Below are positions 51,894 through 62,333 of a DNA stretch of 64,000 nucleotides, in pieces. Source of the stretch: Candidatus Zixiibacteriota bacterium (GTDB taxonomy: Bacteria > Zixibacteria > MSB-5A5 > CAIYYT01); contig JBECKX010000195.1 of assembly GCA_040235515.1 (NCBI GenBank), forward strand, positions 1 to 64,000. Direction: 5' to 3'. The notes under the pieces are model-generated. The model did not search any database. It was not told the DNA's origin and saw nothing but the letters and a program-made list of their open reading frames with translations. The translations under genes were made by a program, and so were the position numbers. Numbering within the stretch: the stretch's first letter is position 1; every line of letters begins with the position of its first letter.

Positions 51894-53789
51894 ATGAAGG
51901 TTAACAGCGATACACTCATCAGGAAAAACAGGCTGACAGGATACTGCTTTACAATTCTGGTCATCACGGTACTCAGCCTCCTCTATGCACAACCCTCGCA
52001 GGCGGCGGAGTTGGAAGAAATCCTGCGAGAGCACATTCAGGCACAGGGTGGTAAAGAGAAGCTTGATGCGGTGAAGTCGCTGCGCATCGAGTCCACGATG
52101 TCCTTGGGGGGGATGAACGGCACCGGCGTAACCTACTTCAAAGCCCCGGACAAATTCCGCACTGATGTTACACTTCCGGTTTTCAGCACTTCGCAAGGCT
52201 GTGATGGCAATGATTGCTGGATGTCCGACCCGCAGGGGCTGACCCACAGTCTCGGCCACGAATTGAAGGGGATGATGGTGACGCAACTGGTATTGCAGCG
52301 TTCCGACTATGCCACCCCTGCGAGCTTTGATGGACAAGTTAAACTCGTGAACGAAGACGCGACGCTGGCTAACGACACTGCCGCAGCAGCCTATTTTGTG
52401 ATCGAAATCTCCCCGAGTGGTGGTATCCCTGCCAGGCTCTGGATTGACCACAACACTTACCTGATCAGACAGGTAGCCATGAAGACCGACATGGGAGTGA
52501 TGATCTCGGAACTGTTTGACTATCAGCTGGTCGAGGGCATCCTCTTTCCGCACAGTTCACGCGAGCGGACCGATGCGGGAATTATCGCCGCGAACAGCCG
52601 GGTCAGTTCTATCGAACTCAACGTCCCTCTCTCGGATACGCTGTTCCAGGCACCGGGGCATCGAGACAGGTCCGTTAGCTGGGGTATCGCAGCAGACTCA
52701 ATCGTGATTCCCTGCGAACTGTGGCACAATCATCTCTATTTCAAAGCTATGCTGGCTGGAGAAGGTCCCTACAATCTGATATTCGACACCGGCGCCGGGG
52801 GATTGGCACTGGACGCGGCACTGGTCAGGAAACTCGATCTGAACGTGATCGGGACGACTGAAGCACGCGGGGTCGGTGGTACGGAGGAAAGCTCGCTTTA
52901 TCAGATCGAGAGCCTGCAGGTTGGTGAAATTGTAATCGATAGTGTTCCGGTCAGCGCGATAGATTTCGGGGCAATAGAAGCCTCCGGAACCCGTAAAATC
53001 GACGGAATCGTGGGCTATACCTTTTTGAGCCGCTATATCGTTGCCATCGATTACGGCCGGCACGAGATAATCCTCTATCCGCAGGGCACGCAGAGCGCCA
53101 ACTGGGGAGAGCGCTGCGACCTGACGATCGATTTTCGGCTGCCCTATATCGATGCGACCGTAAACGATTCGATTGTCGGGGCTTTTCGCCTGGATACCGG
53201 CTCGGTTTCGACGCTCGACCTCAACTCGCCCTTTGTGCTGGCACATGGTCTCGTCGATTCCACCAGCAATGACTATATCGTGCTCACCTCGGTCGGAGTC
53301 GGTGGCACATCCAGCGGCCTGGTTGGCATCCTCGACAAACTTGCGGTGTGTGGCTTCGAACAAGATTCGGTCTGGACCGGATTTACTCTCTCTGAACAAG
53401 GTATTTTCGCCGGAGCCAGCACGGCCGGTAACATCGGCGCCGGCCTGCTCAAACGCTTCCGGCTGACGTTCGACTACTCGGGTGGATCGGTCTATTTTCA
53501 GCCGGTCGAAGACTACGATGCTATCTGCCGCGTCCGCAACATGGCCGGAATCGGCTTCGAACTCGATGATGGAGATCTCCGCGTCGCGCATCTGCTTCCT
53601 GATCATCTGGCGTATGATCGGTTGCAGGTCGGCGATGTGATAAGGAGCATCAATGGCCTCGATCCCGCTGAACTGTCGCTCTTTGAGATTGAGCGGCTCC
53701 TTGTCGGCGGACATGGCCTGATCAAGTTCGACTTGGAACGAGACGGGAAGCTGGAATCTGTCGAATTTCAGCTCGATGGTTATTTCTAA
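51894..53789 (+). CDS. Secreted protein: LolA-like N-domain, two retropepsin-like aspartyl protease domains, C-terminal PDZ
   Basis: Signal peptide; IL..HI.A.GG.EKL N-domain; FDTGA...DGIVG and LDTGS...GNIG; LQVGDVIRSING. Confidence 0.8.
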   Translation: MKVNSDTLIRKNRLTGYCFTILVITVLSLLYAQPSQAAELEEILREHIQAQGGKEKLDAVKSLRIESTMSLGGMNGTGVTYFKAPDKFRTDVTLPVFSTSQGCDGNDCWMSDPQGLTHSLGHELKGMMVTQLVLQRSDYATPASFDGQVKLVNEDATLANDTAAAAYFVIEISPSGGIPARLWIDHNTYLIRQVAMKTDMGVMISELFDYQLVEGILFPHSSRERTDAGIIAANSRVSSIELNVPLSDTLFQAPGHRDRSVSWGIAADSIVIPCELWHNHLYFKAMLAGEGPYNLIFDTGAGGLALDAALVRKLDLNVIGTTEARGVGGTEESSLYQIESLQVGEIVIDSVPVSAIDFGAIEASGTRKIDGIVGYTFLSRYIVAIDYGRHEIILYPQGTQSANWGERCDLTIDFRLPYIDATVNDSIVGAFRLDTGSVSTLDLNSPFVLAHGLVDSTSNDYIVLTSVGVGGTSSGLVGILDKLAVCGFEQDSVWTGFTLSEQGIFAGASTAGNIGAGLLKRFRLTFDYSGGSVYFQPVEDYDAICRVRNMAGIGFELDDGDLRVAHLLPDHLAYDRLQVGDVIRSINGLDPAELSLFEIERLLVGGHGLIKFDLERDGKLESVEFQLDGYF

Positions 53790-53970
53790 TCAGATCAGTT
53801 CTGAAAATAGCTTTCGAAGGGGATTTAGACGGCTTGCCTTTGAGGGCAAATTGATTACCTTTGCTCGTTGCTGTGGGGCACTGAACCTTCGTATCAAATC
53901 TGTCGGTCCGTTACACATTGTGCAGGTCGGCAGGGAAGTTTAGACTGCGACCACACATGGAGAAACGCGC

Positions 53971-54651
53971 GTGCAGAAGAAAGTCATATCACTAACAACG
54001 CTGCTAGCTTTGCTGCTGCTCCACGCCTCGACGCTTGCCGGCCCGCCGGCGGGTACCTGGACGCTGGGGGTTCGCATGGGGCTCTTCACCAATTCCGAGG
54101 ATGACATCGAGTTTTCCAGCGGAGAAAGCCAGGTCACGCTCTTTGCCAACAAGACGAATTTCTACCTTGAGGGCTTCGTTAACTACTATTTCACCAGTTA
54201 TTTTGCGGCTGTCGGTAATTTCGGCACCTATTCGAAGGGAGATATCCGCTACGACGGTTATGTCGTCGGCTATGGCAACGCCAGCTTTCTCGGTTCCGCA
54301 TCGATTTTCCCGGTACAATTGGGCGCCAGGCTCTCGCCATTCACGAATCAGTTTCCGCTCAAGGCAAAACCTTACTTCGAAGGTGGCGGAGCGTTGGTAA
54401 TCGGGCGCGAGACAGTCGCCGGGGCCTATTATGATCCATTCCTGGGCCAGTTCACTGATGGTACACTCAATACCGAGACAGACTGGACCTGGTGGTTCGG
54501 CGGGGGGGCCGAGATACCGCTTTCACCGAAGATTCATATCGACCTGATGGGTAAATATATCAGCAATCAGTTCAGTGGAGATATTGCCGGAATACAGGAC
54601 TTCACCGGATTTCAGGCATCCATCGGCGTATCATATCATTATCTGAAATAA
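53971..54651 (+). CDS. Small outer-membrane beta-barrel protein
   Basis: Signal peptide; amphipathic strands, KPYFEGGG, GGGAEI, ends IGVSYHYLK. Confidence 0.7.
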   Translation: MQKKVISLTTLLALLLLHASTLAGPPAGTWTLGVRMGLFTNSEDDIEFSSGESQVTLFANKTNFYLEGFVNYYFTSYFAAVGNFGTYSKGDIRYDGYVVGYGNASFLGSASIFPVQLGARLSPFTNQFPLKAKPYFEGGGALVIGRETVAGAYYDPFLGQFTDGTLNTETDWTWWFGGGAEIPLSPKIHIDLMGKYISNQFSGDIAGIQDFTGFQASIGVSYHYLK

Positions 54652-54670
54652 GAGATTAAGGAAGGAGCTT

Positions 54671-55666
54671 ATGGCTACCAAGATCGCGATCAATGGATTT
54701 GGACGTATCGGACGATTGGTTTTGCGCCGTGCAATGCAAACCAAGAGTAGCCTCGATTTTGTCAGCATCAATGACCTAACTGATCCGGCCACTCTCGCAC
54801 ACCTGTTCAAGTACGATTCATCGTTCGGGAAATTCGACGGCGAAGTAAAGGTCGAGGGGGACAATCTGGTTATCAATGGCGACACGATTCGCGTTACCCG
54901 GGAGAAGGACCCCGCCAACCTGCCGCACAAGGAGGTCAAGGCTGACATCGTCGTGGAATCAACCGGTTTGTTCCGCGACCGTGAGAGTGCGGGCAAGCAC
55001 CTGGCCGCAGGTGCGAAGAAAGTACTGATCTCGGCGCCCGCGAAAAAACATGATGGTACCTTCGTGTTTGGTGTCAACTGGAACGATTACGATAAGGCCA
55101 AGCACGAGATCATCTCGATCGGCTCATGCACGACCAACTGCCTGGCACCCGTCGTGAAGGTCCTGCATGATTCCTTTGGAATCGAGAAGGGGTTCATGAC
55201 GACGATCCATGCTTACACCAATGACCAGGCGCTGCTCGACGGACCGCACAAAGACCTGCGTCGCGCCCGTTCGGCCGCCCTCTCGATCATCCCGACCTCG
55301 ACTGGCGCCGCCAAGGCGATAGCGGAGTGTCTGCCGGAGATGAAGGGTCGCCTTGACGGTTGCGCGCTGCGCGTTCCAACACCCGTCGGCTCGCTGGTCG
55401 ATCTGGCGGTAGTTCTCCAGAAGGAGGCTTCGGCGGATGAAATCAACGCAAAGATGAAAGCGGCCGCCAACGGCGCAATGAAGGGCGTTCTGGAGTACAC
55501 GGAGGATGAGATTGTCTCGGTCGATATCGTCGGCAACAGCCACTCATCGGTCTTCGACTCTCGTCAGACTCAAACTCATGGCAATCTGGCCAAGGTCTTC
55601 TCCTGGTACGACAACGAGTGGGGCTTCTCATGTCGTATGGTAGACGCGCTCCAGAAGATGATATAG
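54671..55666 (+). CDS. gap: Glyceraldehyde-3-phosphate dehydrogenase (type I)
   Basis: [34 protein letters not shown]. Confidence 0.98.
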   Translation: MATKIAINGFGRIGRLVLRRAMQTKSSLDFVSINDLTDPATLAHLFKYDSSFGKFDGEVKVEGDNLVINGDTIRVTREKDPANLPHKEVKADIVVESTGLFRDRESAGKHLAAGAKKVLISAPAKKHDGTFVFGVNWNDYDKAKHEIISIGSCTTNCLAPVVKVLHDSFGIEKGFMTTIHAYTNDQALLDGPHKDLRRARSAALSIIPTSTGAAKAIAECLPEMKGRLDGCALRVPTPVGSLVDLAVVLQKEASADEINAKMKAAANGAMKGVLEYTEDEIVSVDIVGNSHSSVFDSRQTQTHGNLAKVFSWYDNEWGFSCRMVDALQKMI

Positions 55667-55668
55667 TC

Positions 55669-56886
55669 ATGACAGCTTCAAGTTCAGTTCTGAACAAGCT
55701 CACACTCGACGACCTCGACCTCAAGGGCCGAAAGGTGTTGATGCGGGTTGACTTCAACGTGCCGCTCAAGGATGGCAAGGTCACCGATGATCTGCGCATC
55801 CGTGCCGCGCTGCCCTCGATCAAGAAGGTGATCGATGAAGGCGGCAAGCTGATCTTGATGTCACACCTGGGTCGCCCCAAGGGGAAGGTTGTTCCGGAGA
55901 TGAGCCTGCGCCCCGTCGTGAAGTCGCTCGAAGATCTGATCAATAAGAAGGTCTCATTCGCCGACGATTGCGTTGGACCTTCCGCGGAACAGGCGGTCGC
56001 CACGCTGGAAAATGGGCATGTACTGCTGCTGGAAAACCTCCGCTTTCATGCGGAAGAGGAGGCCAACAACGAAGCTTTTGCGGAGAAACTGGCCTTTCTT
56101 GGCGATATCTATGTGAACGATGCCTTCGGCACAGCCCATCGTGCGCATGCCTCGACCGAGGGAGTGACCAGGTTCTTCGATAAATCCGCCGCCGGCTACC
56201 TGATGCGCAAGGAGTTGGTGTATCTCGGTGGTGCGCTTGAGAATCCCGCCCGCCCATTCGTAGCGCTTCTTGGTGGAGCCAAGATTTCCGGCAAGATCGA
56301 CGTGATCCAGAATTTGCTCGGGAAAGTCGACAAAATCCTGATCGGTGGCGGAATGGCATTCACATTCCACAAAGCCAGAGGTGAGGAGATTGGCGGTTCG
56401 CTGCTCGAGGAGGACAAAGTTGAACTGGCCGGCCGGTTACTCGAATCAGCCAGGACTGCCGGGGTGGAGCTGTTGCTTCCCCTTGATTACCTATGCGCGG
56501 AGGCGGTGGACGAGGCAGCCGCAGTAACAACGTTTAAAGCAGGTGCAATTCCGCCGAACCAGAAAGGTCTCGACATCGGTCCAGCGACCATCGACAAGTT
56601 CAAATTCGAACTGGATGGGGCCAAGACCGTCGTCTGGAACGGCCCGATGGGTGTGTTCGAGCTCGACAAGTTTGCGCAGGGAACGATGGCGATGGCCAGG
56701 GCTCTCGCTGATCTCGGCGACAAGGATGCGACCACTATCGTCGGTGGTGGGGACTCGGCAGCTGCCGTGGCCAAGAGTGGACTCGAGCACAAGTTCTCTC
56801 ATATCTCCACTGGAGGAGGGGCTTCGCTGGAGTTTCTCGAGGGGAAGGTCCTGCCCGGAGTGGCCGCACTGACCGATAAGGGATAG
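55669..56886 (+). CDS. pgk: Phosphoglycerate kinase
   Basis: [46 protein letters not shown]. Confidence 0.98.
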   Translation: MTASSSVLNKLTLDDLDLKGRKVLMRVDFNVPLKDGKVTDDLRIRAALPSIKKVIDEGGKLILMSHLGRPKGKVVPEMSLRPVVKSLEDLINKKVSFADDCVGPSAEQAVATLENGHVLLLENLRFHAEEEANNEAFAEKLAFLGDIYVNDAFGTAHRAHASTEGVTRFFDKSAAGYLMRKELVYLGGALENPARPFVALLGGAKISGKIDVIQNLLGKVDKILIGGGMAFTFHKARGEEIGGSLLEEDKVELAGRLLESARTAGVELLLPLDYLCAEAVDEAAAVTTFKAGAIPPNQKGLDIGPATIDKFKFELDGAKTVVWNGPMGVFELDKFAQGTMAMARALADLGDKDATTIVGGGDSAAAVAKSGLEHKFSHISTGGGASLEFLEGKVLPGVAALTDKG

Positions 56887-56899
56887 TTGGAGTAAGTCA

Positions 56900-57655
56900 A
56901 TGACTCGTAAGAAGATTATAGCTGGAAACTGGAAGATGCACACTTCGCCGGAGGAAGCGTTCGAACTCGCTTCCGCGATCGGGCGCCATGTCATGGGTCA
57001 AACGACCCCGGTAGTTGTGCTTTGTCCGCCTTATACTTCCATCTCCGCCGCCAAATCGGCGGTTAAGAATACGGAGGTCAAGATCGGTGGACAGGATATG
57101 TACTGGAAGGAATCTGGCGCTTATACCGGAGAGGTGAGCGGGAGAATGCTGTTGACTTCGGGCTGTTCCTACGTTATTTTGGGACACTCGGAACGAAGGC
57201 AACTCTTCTACGAGACCAATATTACGGTCAACACCAAGCTGAAAGCCGCCCTTGATGTGGGGCTGACACCGATCGTCTGTGTCGGCGAAACATTGGAGGA
57301 ACGGGAAGCCGGTTTGATGGAGAACGTAATCCGGGAACAGGTGCTCGGATGTTTCGAAGGAATTCAACCCGCGGACTTTGCGAAAACGGTCATCGCGTAC
57401 GAGCCGGTCTGGGCAATCGGAACCGGCAAGACCGCGACGCCGGCGCAAGCCGAAGAGGTTCACAGCCGGATTCGCGAATTGCTGCGTAACAACTACGCAG
57501 AGCAGATCGAGCACACCTCGATCCTGTACGGCGGTTCGGTTAAGCCCGATAACGCCGCGGAGTTGTTTGCACAACCGAATATTGATGGCGGTCTAGTTGG
57601 CGGCGCCAGCCTGAAAGCTGATTCGTTCATACCGATCATCGCTGCCGCAAGCTGA
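56900..57655 (+). CDS. tpiA: Triosephosphate isomerase
   Basis: AGNWKM, GHSERR, AYEPVWAIGTG, YGGSV, LVGGASL. Confidence 0.98.
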   Translation: MTRKKIIAGNWKMHTSPEEAFELASAIGRHVMGQTTPVVVLCPPYTSISAAKSAVKNTEVKIGGQDMYWKESGAYTGEVSGRMLLTSGCSYVILGHSERRQLFYETNITVNTKLKAALDVGLTPIVCVGETLEEREAGLMENVIREQVLGCFEGIQPADFAKTVIAYEPVWAIGTGKTATPAQAEEVHSRIRELLRNNYAEQIEHTSILYGGSVKPDNAAELFAQPNIDGGLVGGASLKADSFIPIIAAAS

Positions 57656-57678
57656 ACCGCGAAGGAGGATAGAGCTAA

Positions 57679-58128
57679 GTGTACCCGATCTTGATTATTG
57701 TCCATGTCATCATTTGCGCCGGACTGATTCTGGTCGTTTTGATGCAATCGGCTAAAGGTGATGGCCTGGCCGGAATGTTTGGCGGTGGCGCCGGACTCAG
57801 TGGCGCCGTATTCGGTGGCCGCGGCGCTGCGACGTTTCTGTCGAAGTCAACCTCGGTGCTGGCGGCGGCCTTTATCATCAGCAGTATCGTCCTGACTCTT
57901 GCTTCTCGCGGCACGATCTCCGGGGGTGTTGGAGCAGGCGAATCGGCCGTCGAACGCGTGATCAACGAACAGCAGCGGCAGATGCCTGCGACCACTGCAC
58001 CGACACAGGGTACGCAAGACCCGGCCCAGCAACAGGCTCTTCCACAGTCTGGTGATCAGGGTAGCGAGGGCGGCACTCAACTTCCGAGCGGATCTGATGA
58101 TGCCGGTAACGCCGGTGGCGGAAACTAG
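57679..58128 (+). CDS. secG: Preprotein translocase subunit SecG (extended Q/P/G-rich tail)
   Basis: LI..VL.Q..KG.GL...FGG...FL.K.T; follows tpiA; AGGAGG SD. Confidence 0.9.
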   Translation: MYPILIIVHVIICAGLILVVLMQSAKGDGLAGMFGGGAGLSGAVFGGRGAATFLSKSTSVLAAAFIISSIVLTLASRGTISGGVGAGESAVERVINEQQRQMPATTAPTQGTQDPAQQQALPQSGDQGSEGGTQLPSGSDDAGNAGGGN

Positions 58129-58162
58129 TCACGCCAGCTAAAGCAGTATCCAGCAGATATTT

Positions 58163-58197
58163 AAACCCGGTGGCACTGGCTGCCGGGTTTTCTTTTT
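58163..58197 (+). terminator. Rho-independent terminator after secG
   Basis: AAACCCGGTGGC-ACTG-GCTGCCGGGTTT then TCTTTTT. Confidence 0.85.
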
Positions 58198-58243
58198 GTG
58201 GTCGCTGGCATCCCTGCATCAACCCGCTGTGCAAAAAAGGGAC

Positions 58244-58271
58244 TTGACAGGTTTACGAACCCCGATATATT
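58244..58271 (+). promoter_or_regulatory. Sigma70-type promoter of the trp operon
   Basis: TTGACA-16 nt-TATATT. Confidence 0.7.
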
Positions 58272-58280
58272 TCTTTCAAC

Positions 58281-58406
58281 ATGAATACTTCAACCCTCTT
58301 CACCATCCTTTTTAGCGCTGCATTTGTCAGCTTTAGCCTTTATACCAGCCTCTGGTATTTCTGGTGGTATAGTCAAGTTGTGGATGGTGAACCGATTTCG
58401 GTATAG
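58281..58406 (+). CDS. trpL: trp operon leader peptide, 41 aa: MNTSTLFTILFSAAFVSFSLYTSLWYFWWYSQVVDGEPISV
   Basis: Translated by hand (not in ORF track); WYFWWY cluster; lies between promoter and attenuator hairpin. Confidence 0.85.
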   Translation: MNTSTLFTILFSAAFVSFSLYTSLWYFWWYSQVVDGEPISV

Positions 58407-58433
58407 GCGCGAAGTAGCCGATAGTGAAAATCG

Positions 58434-58469
58434 AGCCCACCGTCCGCAAGGATGGTGGGCTTTTTCTTT
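58434..58469 (+). terminator. trp attenuator (3:4 terminator hairpin)
   Basis: AGCCCACCGTCC-GCAA-GGATGGTGGGCT then TTTTCTTT; 5' arm can alternatively pair with GGATGGTG at 58382. Confidence 0.88.
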
Positions 58470-58513
58470 ATGCTTCAGCACGGAGCAAGATGCTCCGACA
58501 AAATGGAGACACC

Positions 58514-59986
58514 GTGAATATTCTCGAAGCAGTTTCAGACAGCAGCCATGGGCGCAGGATATCTCTTGAGTATACCGAGATAGATCTGCCCGGCGATATC
58601 GAGACTCCTGTTTCGGCGTATTTGAAGCTCCGAAAACTGGGAGCTTGCTTCCTGCTGGAATCGGCGGAAGATCCTACCTCGATCGGTAGGTACACATTCA
58701 TCGGAATCGCGCCCCTGCTGACGCTCGAATTGGGCGACAACAGCACTCTCATAAATGCCGGCAGCGATAAAATCACTATCGAGCATAAATCAGCCCTCCA
58801 GCCATTCAGCGGCCTGCAGCGGATTCTCGATACCTTTACGGTCAAGAAACAGCAGGCAGAACTTCCACTCCTGGGCGGGCTGGTCGGGTTCACATCCTAC
58901 GAAATCGTCAAGTTCTTCGAACCACGTCTGCAACCGCTTCTCCCAACTTCTGAATACCCACTCGGACTATACTACTTCGTAGATACCCTGCTCGTTTTCG
59001 ATCATTATACTCGTCGCATGCGGCTGCTGCGGCTCCAGCACGAAGGAGAGAGCTTGACCGGCGGCGCGCATCAGGTCACACTCGACGAAATCCGTGAGGC
59101 GCTTGCGGGACAGATCGAGCGTCGCGATACGGCACTCGAATCGATCCACAACGGCTACCACTCCAATTTCGAGCAGCCGCAATTCGAAGAGATTGTCGAG
59201 AAGGCCCAGAAACATATCTTCGCCGGAGATATCTTCCAGGTTGTCGTGTCGCAGCGCGAGACGCATAAGACTACGGTTGACCCATTCTATGTCTACCGCG
59301 CCCTGCGGATGCTCAATCCCTCGCCCTATATGTTCTATCTGCAATTCGACAATCTGGAGTTGATCGGCTCCTCGCCGGAAGCTCTGGTAAAGCTGCAGGG
59401 GCGACGCGCCCTGGTGCGACCAATTGCAGGCACCCGCCGACGCGGGCGCAGCGAGGAAGAGGATCATGAGCTTGCCCGCGAACTGAAACAGAACGAGAAG
59501 GAGCGAGCCGAACATATCATGCTTGTCGATCTTGGCCGCAATGACCTCGGCCGCGTTTGCGATTACGGGAGTGTGAATGTCTCCTCGCTGATGCGCCTGG
59601 AGCACTATTCGCATGTCATGCATCTGACTTCGGTCGTAGAGGGCACGCTCAATAAAGAGTTTAATCAATTCGACCTGCTGCGCTCGACCTTCCCGGCAGG
59701 CACGGTCTCCGGTGCTCCGAAGTTACGGGCGATGGAGATCATCGCCGACCTGGAGCGCCAGCAACGTGGACCGTATGCCGGCGCCGTGGGTTATTTCTCC
59801 CTCTCCGGCGATATCGACATGTGTATCACTATCCGCACGATCGTGAAGCGGGGGGACTCGGTACACTTGCAGGGGGGAGCTGGTATTGTCGCCGACTCGG
59901 TTCCGGAACAGGAATACAAAGAGACCCGCAACAAGATCGCCGCGCTCAAGCAGGCTGTTCAACTCGCTGAGGAGGGGAAGCTATGA
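58514..59986 (+). CDS. trpE: Anthranilate synthase component I
   Basis: [57 protein letters not shown] 58514 after GGAG. Confidence 0.95.
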   Translation: MNILEAVSDSSHGRRISLEYTEIDLPGDIETPVSAYLKLRKLGACFLLESAEDPTSIGRYTFIGIAPLLTLELGDNSTLINAGSDKITIEHKSALQPFSGLQRILDTFTVKKQQAELPLLGGLVGFTSYEIVKFFEPRLQPLLPTSEYPLGLYYFVDTLLVFDHYTRRMRLLRLQHEGESLTGGAHQVTLDEIREALAGQIERRDTALESIHNGYHSNFEQPQFEEIVEKAQKHIFAGDIFQVVVSQRETHKTTVDPFYVYRALRMLNPSPYMFYLQFDNLELIGSSPEALVKLQGRRALVRPIAGTRRRGRSEEEDHELARELKQNEKERAEHIMLVDLGRNDLGRVCDYGSVNVSSLMRLEHYSHVMHLTSVVEGTLNKEFNQFDLLRSTFPAGTVSGAPKLRAMEIIADLERQQRGPYAGAVGYFSLSGDIDMCITIRTIVKRGDSVHLQGGAGIVADSVPEQEYKETRNKIAALKQAVQLAEEGKL

Positions 59987-60555
59987 TCCTCTTCATCGAC
60001 AACTACGACTCTTTCACCTACAATCTGGTGCAGTACATCGGAATGCATAACCGTGATCTGCGGATCGTGCGCCCCGATCAAGCCAGCATAGAGCAGATCG
60101 AAGAGATGCATCCCGACCGCATCGTCATCTCTCCCGGACCGGGGCATCCCCGCGACGCCAAATTGTCACTGGAGGTGATTCGGAGATTCCATCAGAGCAC
60201 CCCGATTCTCGGTGTCTGCCTGGGTCACCAATGCATCGCGGAAGCGTTTGGCGGTGAGGTCCGTTCTGCTGAGCACCTCGTACACGGCAAGACCTCCGAT
60301 ATCTACCATCGCAAGAAGGGCATTCTTGCCGGACTGCCGAATCCATTCACCGCTACACGCTACCACTCGCTTGTGGTAGCCGAGGAGAGTCTGCCTCCCG
60401 AACTCGAGGTGGTGGCTTACACTTCCGATGGCGAGCTGATGGGGCTCCGGCACAAGTCGGCGCCACTCTACGGCGTCCAGTTCCACCCCGAGTCGATTCT
60501 TACAAATGACGGAATGCAGATCATCACCAATTTCCTGGAGGTGAAAGTATGGTAG
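59983..60555 (+). CDS. trpG: Anthranilate synthase component II (glutamine amidotransferase)
   Basis: IDNYDSFTYNL, SPGPG, GVCLGHQ, RYHSL, QFHPES. Confidence 0.95.
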   Translation: MILFIDNYDSFTYNLVQYIGMHNRDLRIVRPDQASIEQIEEMHPDRIVISPGPGHPRDAKLSLEVIRRFHQSTPILGVCLGHQCIAEAFGGEVRSAEHLVHGKTSDIYHRKKGILAGLPNPFTATRYHSLVVAEESLPPELEVVAYTSDGELMGLRHKSAPLYGVQFHPESILTNDGMQIITNFLEVKVW

Positions 60556-61565
60556 CGGAAGCCCTCAGGAAACTAGCGGAACGGCAATCGCTGACCAAGG
60601 CGGAGACAGCGGCTTTTATAGACGAGGTGGCGGGGGATAACGTCACCGATGCCCAGATCAGCGGATTCCTCCTCGGTTTGCGGATCAAGGGCGAAACGAC
60701 GGCCGAAATCGCCGGGTGCGTGGAGTCGCTGCGCCGGCATGCTACCGCAGTTCCTCATTCACAGAGCGATCTCTTTGACTGCTGCGGAACGGGTGGTGAC
60801 GGCAAGAGCACCTTCAACATTTCCACCGCGGCGTCGCTGGTCACCGCTGCCTGTGGCGTGCCGACGGCAAAGCATGGCAACAGGGCGGTCAGTTCCCGCT
60901 GCGGTTCAGCAGATTTGCTGGAAGGCGCGGGAATGTATCTGCACCTTTCACCGGAAGCTTCCGCGCGGATGCTGGATGAACTCGGCTACTGTTTCCTCTT
61001 TGCGCCCGGCTACCATCCTGCAACCCGGCGCGTGGCGCAGGTTCGCCGCGAGTTGGGAGTTCGTACGATTTTTAACCTGATCGGACCTCTCCTCAATCCG
61101 GCGCGAGCGACGCGGCAGGTGATAGGTACACCGAGCCTTGAAGTCGCCCAGCTGCTCGCATCCGTCAGCGATCAGGTTGAGGGAATCAGCATCACGACGA
61201 TTTACAACTCCCTCGGTTACGATGAACTCCTGCCAACCGGCACCAACCATAGCTTTGCCGTCGACGACGAGGGTATCAGACAGGATACAATTGAGCTTCC
61301 CCTCAGCCTGAGTAACGGTTTTGACCCGGCTGACATTGCAGGGGGAGACAAAACTGAGAATCTGGCGATTCTTCAATCCCTCCTGGCCGGTGAGGATTCC
61401 GCCTACCTGAAGGCGACCGCTCTGAATGCCGCGATGGGTCTCGTCGTCTCAAGAGTAGCGAGTGACCTTGAAGAAGGTTATCATTTCGCTGAGAGCGCCC
61501 TCAAGGAGGGCAAAGTCAGAAAGCTACTCAAGGATGTTGTTGAGTATTCGCAGGAGGCGAAATAG
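60549..61565 (+). CDS. trpD: Anthranilate phosphoribosyltransferase
   Basis: KGET..E, D.CGTGGDG..TFNIST, KHGNR.VSS..GSAD, RT.FN..GPL.NP. Confidence 0.95.
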   Translation: MVAEALRKLAERQSLTKAETAAFIDEVAGDNVTDAQISGFLLGLRIKGETTAEIAGCVESLRRHATAVPHSQSDLFDCCGTGGDGKSTFNISTAASLVTAACGVPTAKHGNRAVSSRCGSADLLEGAGMYLHLSPEASARMLDELGYCFLFAPGYHPATRRVAQVRRELGVRTIFNLIGPLLNPARATRQVIGTPSLEVAQLLASVSDQVEGISITTIYNSLGYDELLPTGTNHSFAVDDEGIRQDTIELPLSLSNGFDPADIAGGDKTENLAILQSLLAGEDSAYLKATALNAAMGLVVSRVASDLEEGYHFAESALKEGKVRKLLKDVVEYSQEAK

Positions 61566-62333
61566 ATGCTTAATGAAATCATCGATCATTGTCGCGTTGA
61601 GATCGTCGAAAAGGATCGCGCCGCATGGGAGGCTGAAATTGCCCGGAAGCTGGAACATGCCACCCCACCACCAAGCTTCAGCAAAGCGATAGATACTGCG
61701 TCGGAGTCTTTCATCTTCGAGATAAAGCGCAAAGCCCCCTCTTATCGGGGTGCGGAGTTCAACGTCGACTCACTCGAGATGGCACGCTTCTATCAGGAGA
61801 ACGGCGCTGCCGCCATCAGTGTGCTCACGGAACCAAACTACTTCGGTGGCAGCCTCTCCGACCTGGAGAGAGTGGCAGCCGCGGTGACGGTTCCGGTTCT
61901 GCGCAAAGATTTCATTATCGACGAACTGCAGATTGCGGAAGCGAAAGCCTTCGGAGCGGCGGCAGTGTTATTGATCGCTGCCGTGCTGCGCGGTGCGATG
62001 CTGAGGCAGTTCGTGAAGGAGGCGGAGCGGGTTGGCATCGATGCCCTGGTGGAGGTGCACACCCGGGAGGAACTCGAGCAGGCTCTCGACTCCGGGGCGC
62101 GGATCATCGGCGTGAACAACCGCAATCTGCACACGATGGAGATCGACATGAACCTCGGCGAGAGAATCTTAAACCAGATTCCGGCAGGCCATCTCAAAGT
62201 CGCCGAGAGCGGGTTCGCCCGGCGTGCCGACATTACGAGATTTCGAATGGTGGGAGCGGATGCGTTTCTCATCGGTTCTTCCATAATGCAATCTGATGAT
62301 CCGGCCAGGACTATCAGAGAGTTGAGGGGTTAA
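61566..62333 (+). CDS. trpC: Indole-3-glycerol phosphate synthase
   Basis: EIKRKAPS, SVLTE..YF.GS, LRKDFI, LVEVH, GVNNRNL, AESG. Confidence 0.95.
   Translation: MLNEIIDHCRVEIVEKDRAAWEAEIARKLEHATPPPSFSKAIDTASESFIFEIKRKAPSYRGAEFNVDSLEMARFYQENGAAAISVLTEPNYFGGSLSDLERVAAAVTVPVLRKDFIIDELQIAEAKAFGAAAVLLIAAVLRGAMLRQFVKEAERVGIDALVEVHTREELEQALDSGARIIGVNNRNLHTMEIDMNLGERILNQIPAGHLKVAESGFARRADITRFRMVGADAFLIGSSIMQSDDPARTIRELRG

Noticed and set aside
53920..53945. SRP (4.5S) RNA, from CAGGTCGGCAGGGAAG
   Set aside because: Lacks the GNRA-capped helix 8 followed by AGCAG
58324..58569. ORF 58324..58569 (contains WW) as leader peptide, and trpE start at 58424
   Set aside because: Both run through the terminator hairpin and lack an SD; the 58281 leader and GTG 58514 fit the attenuator geometry
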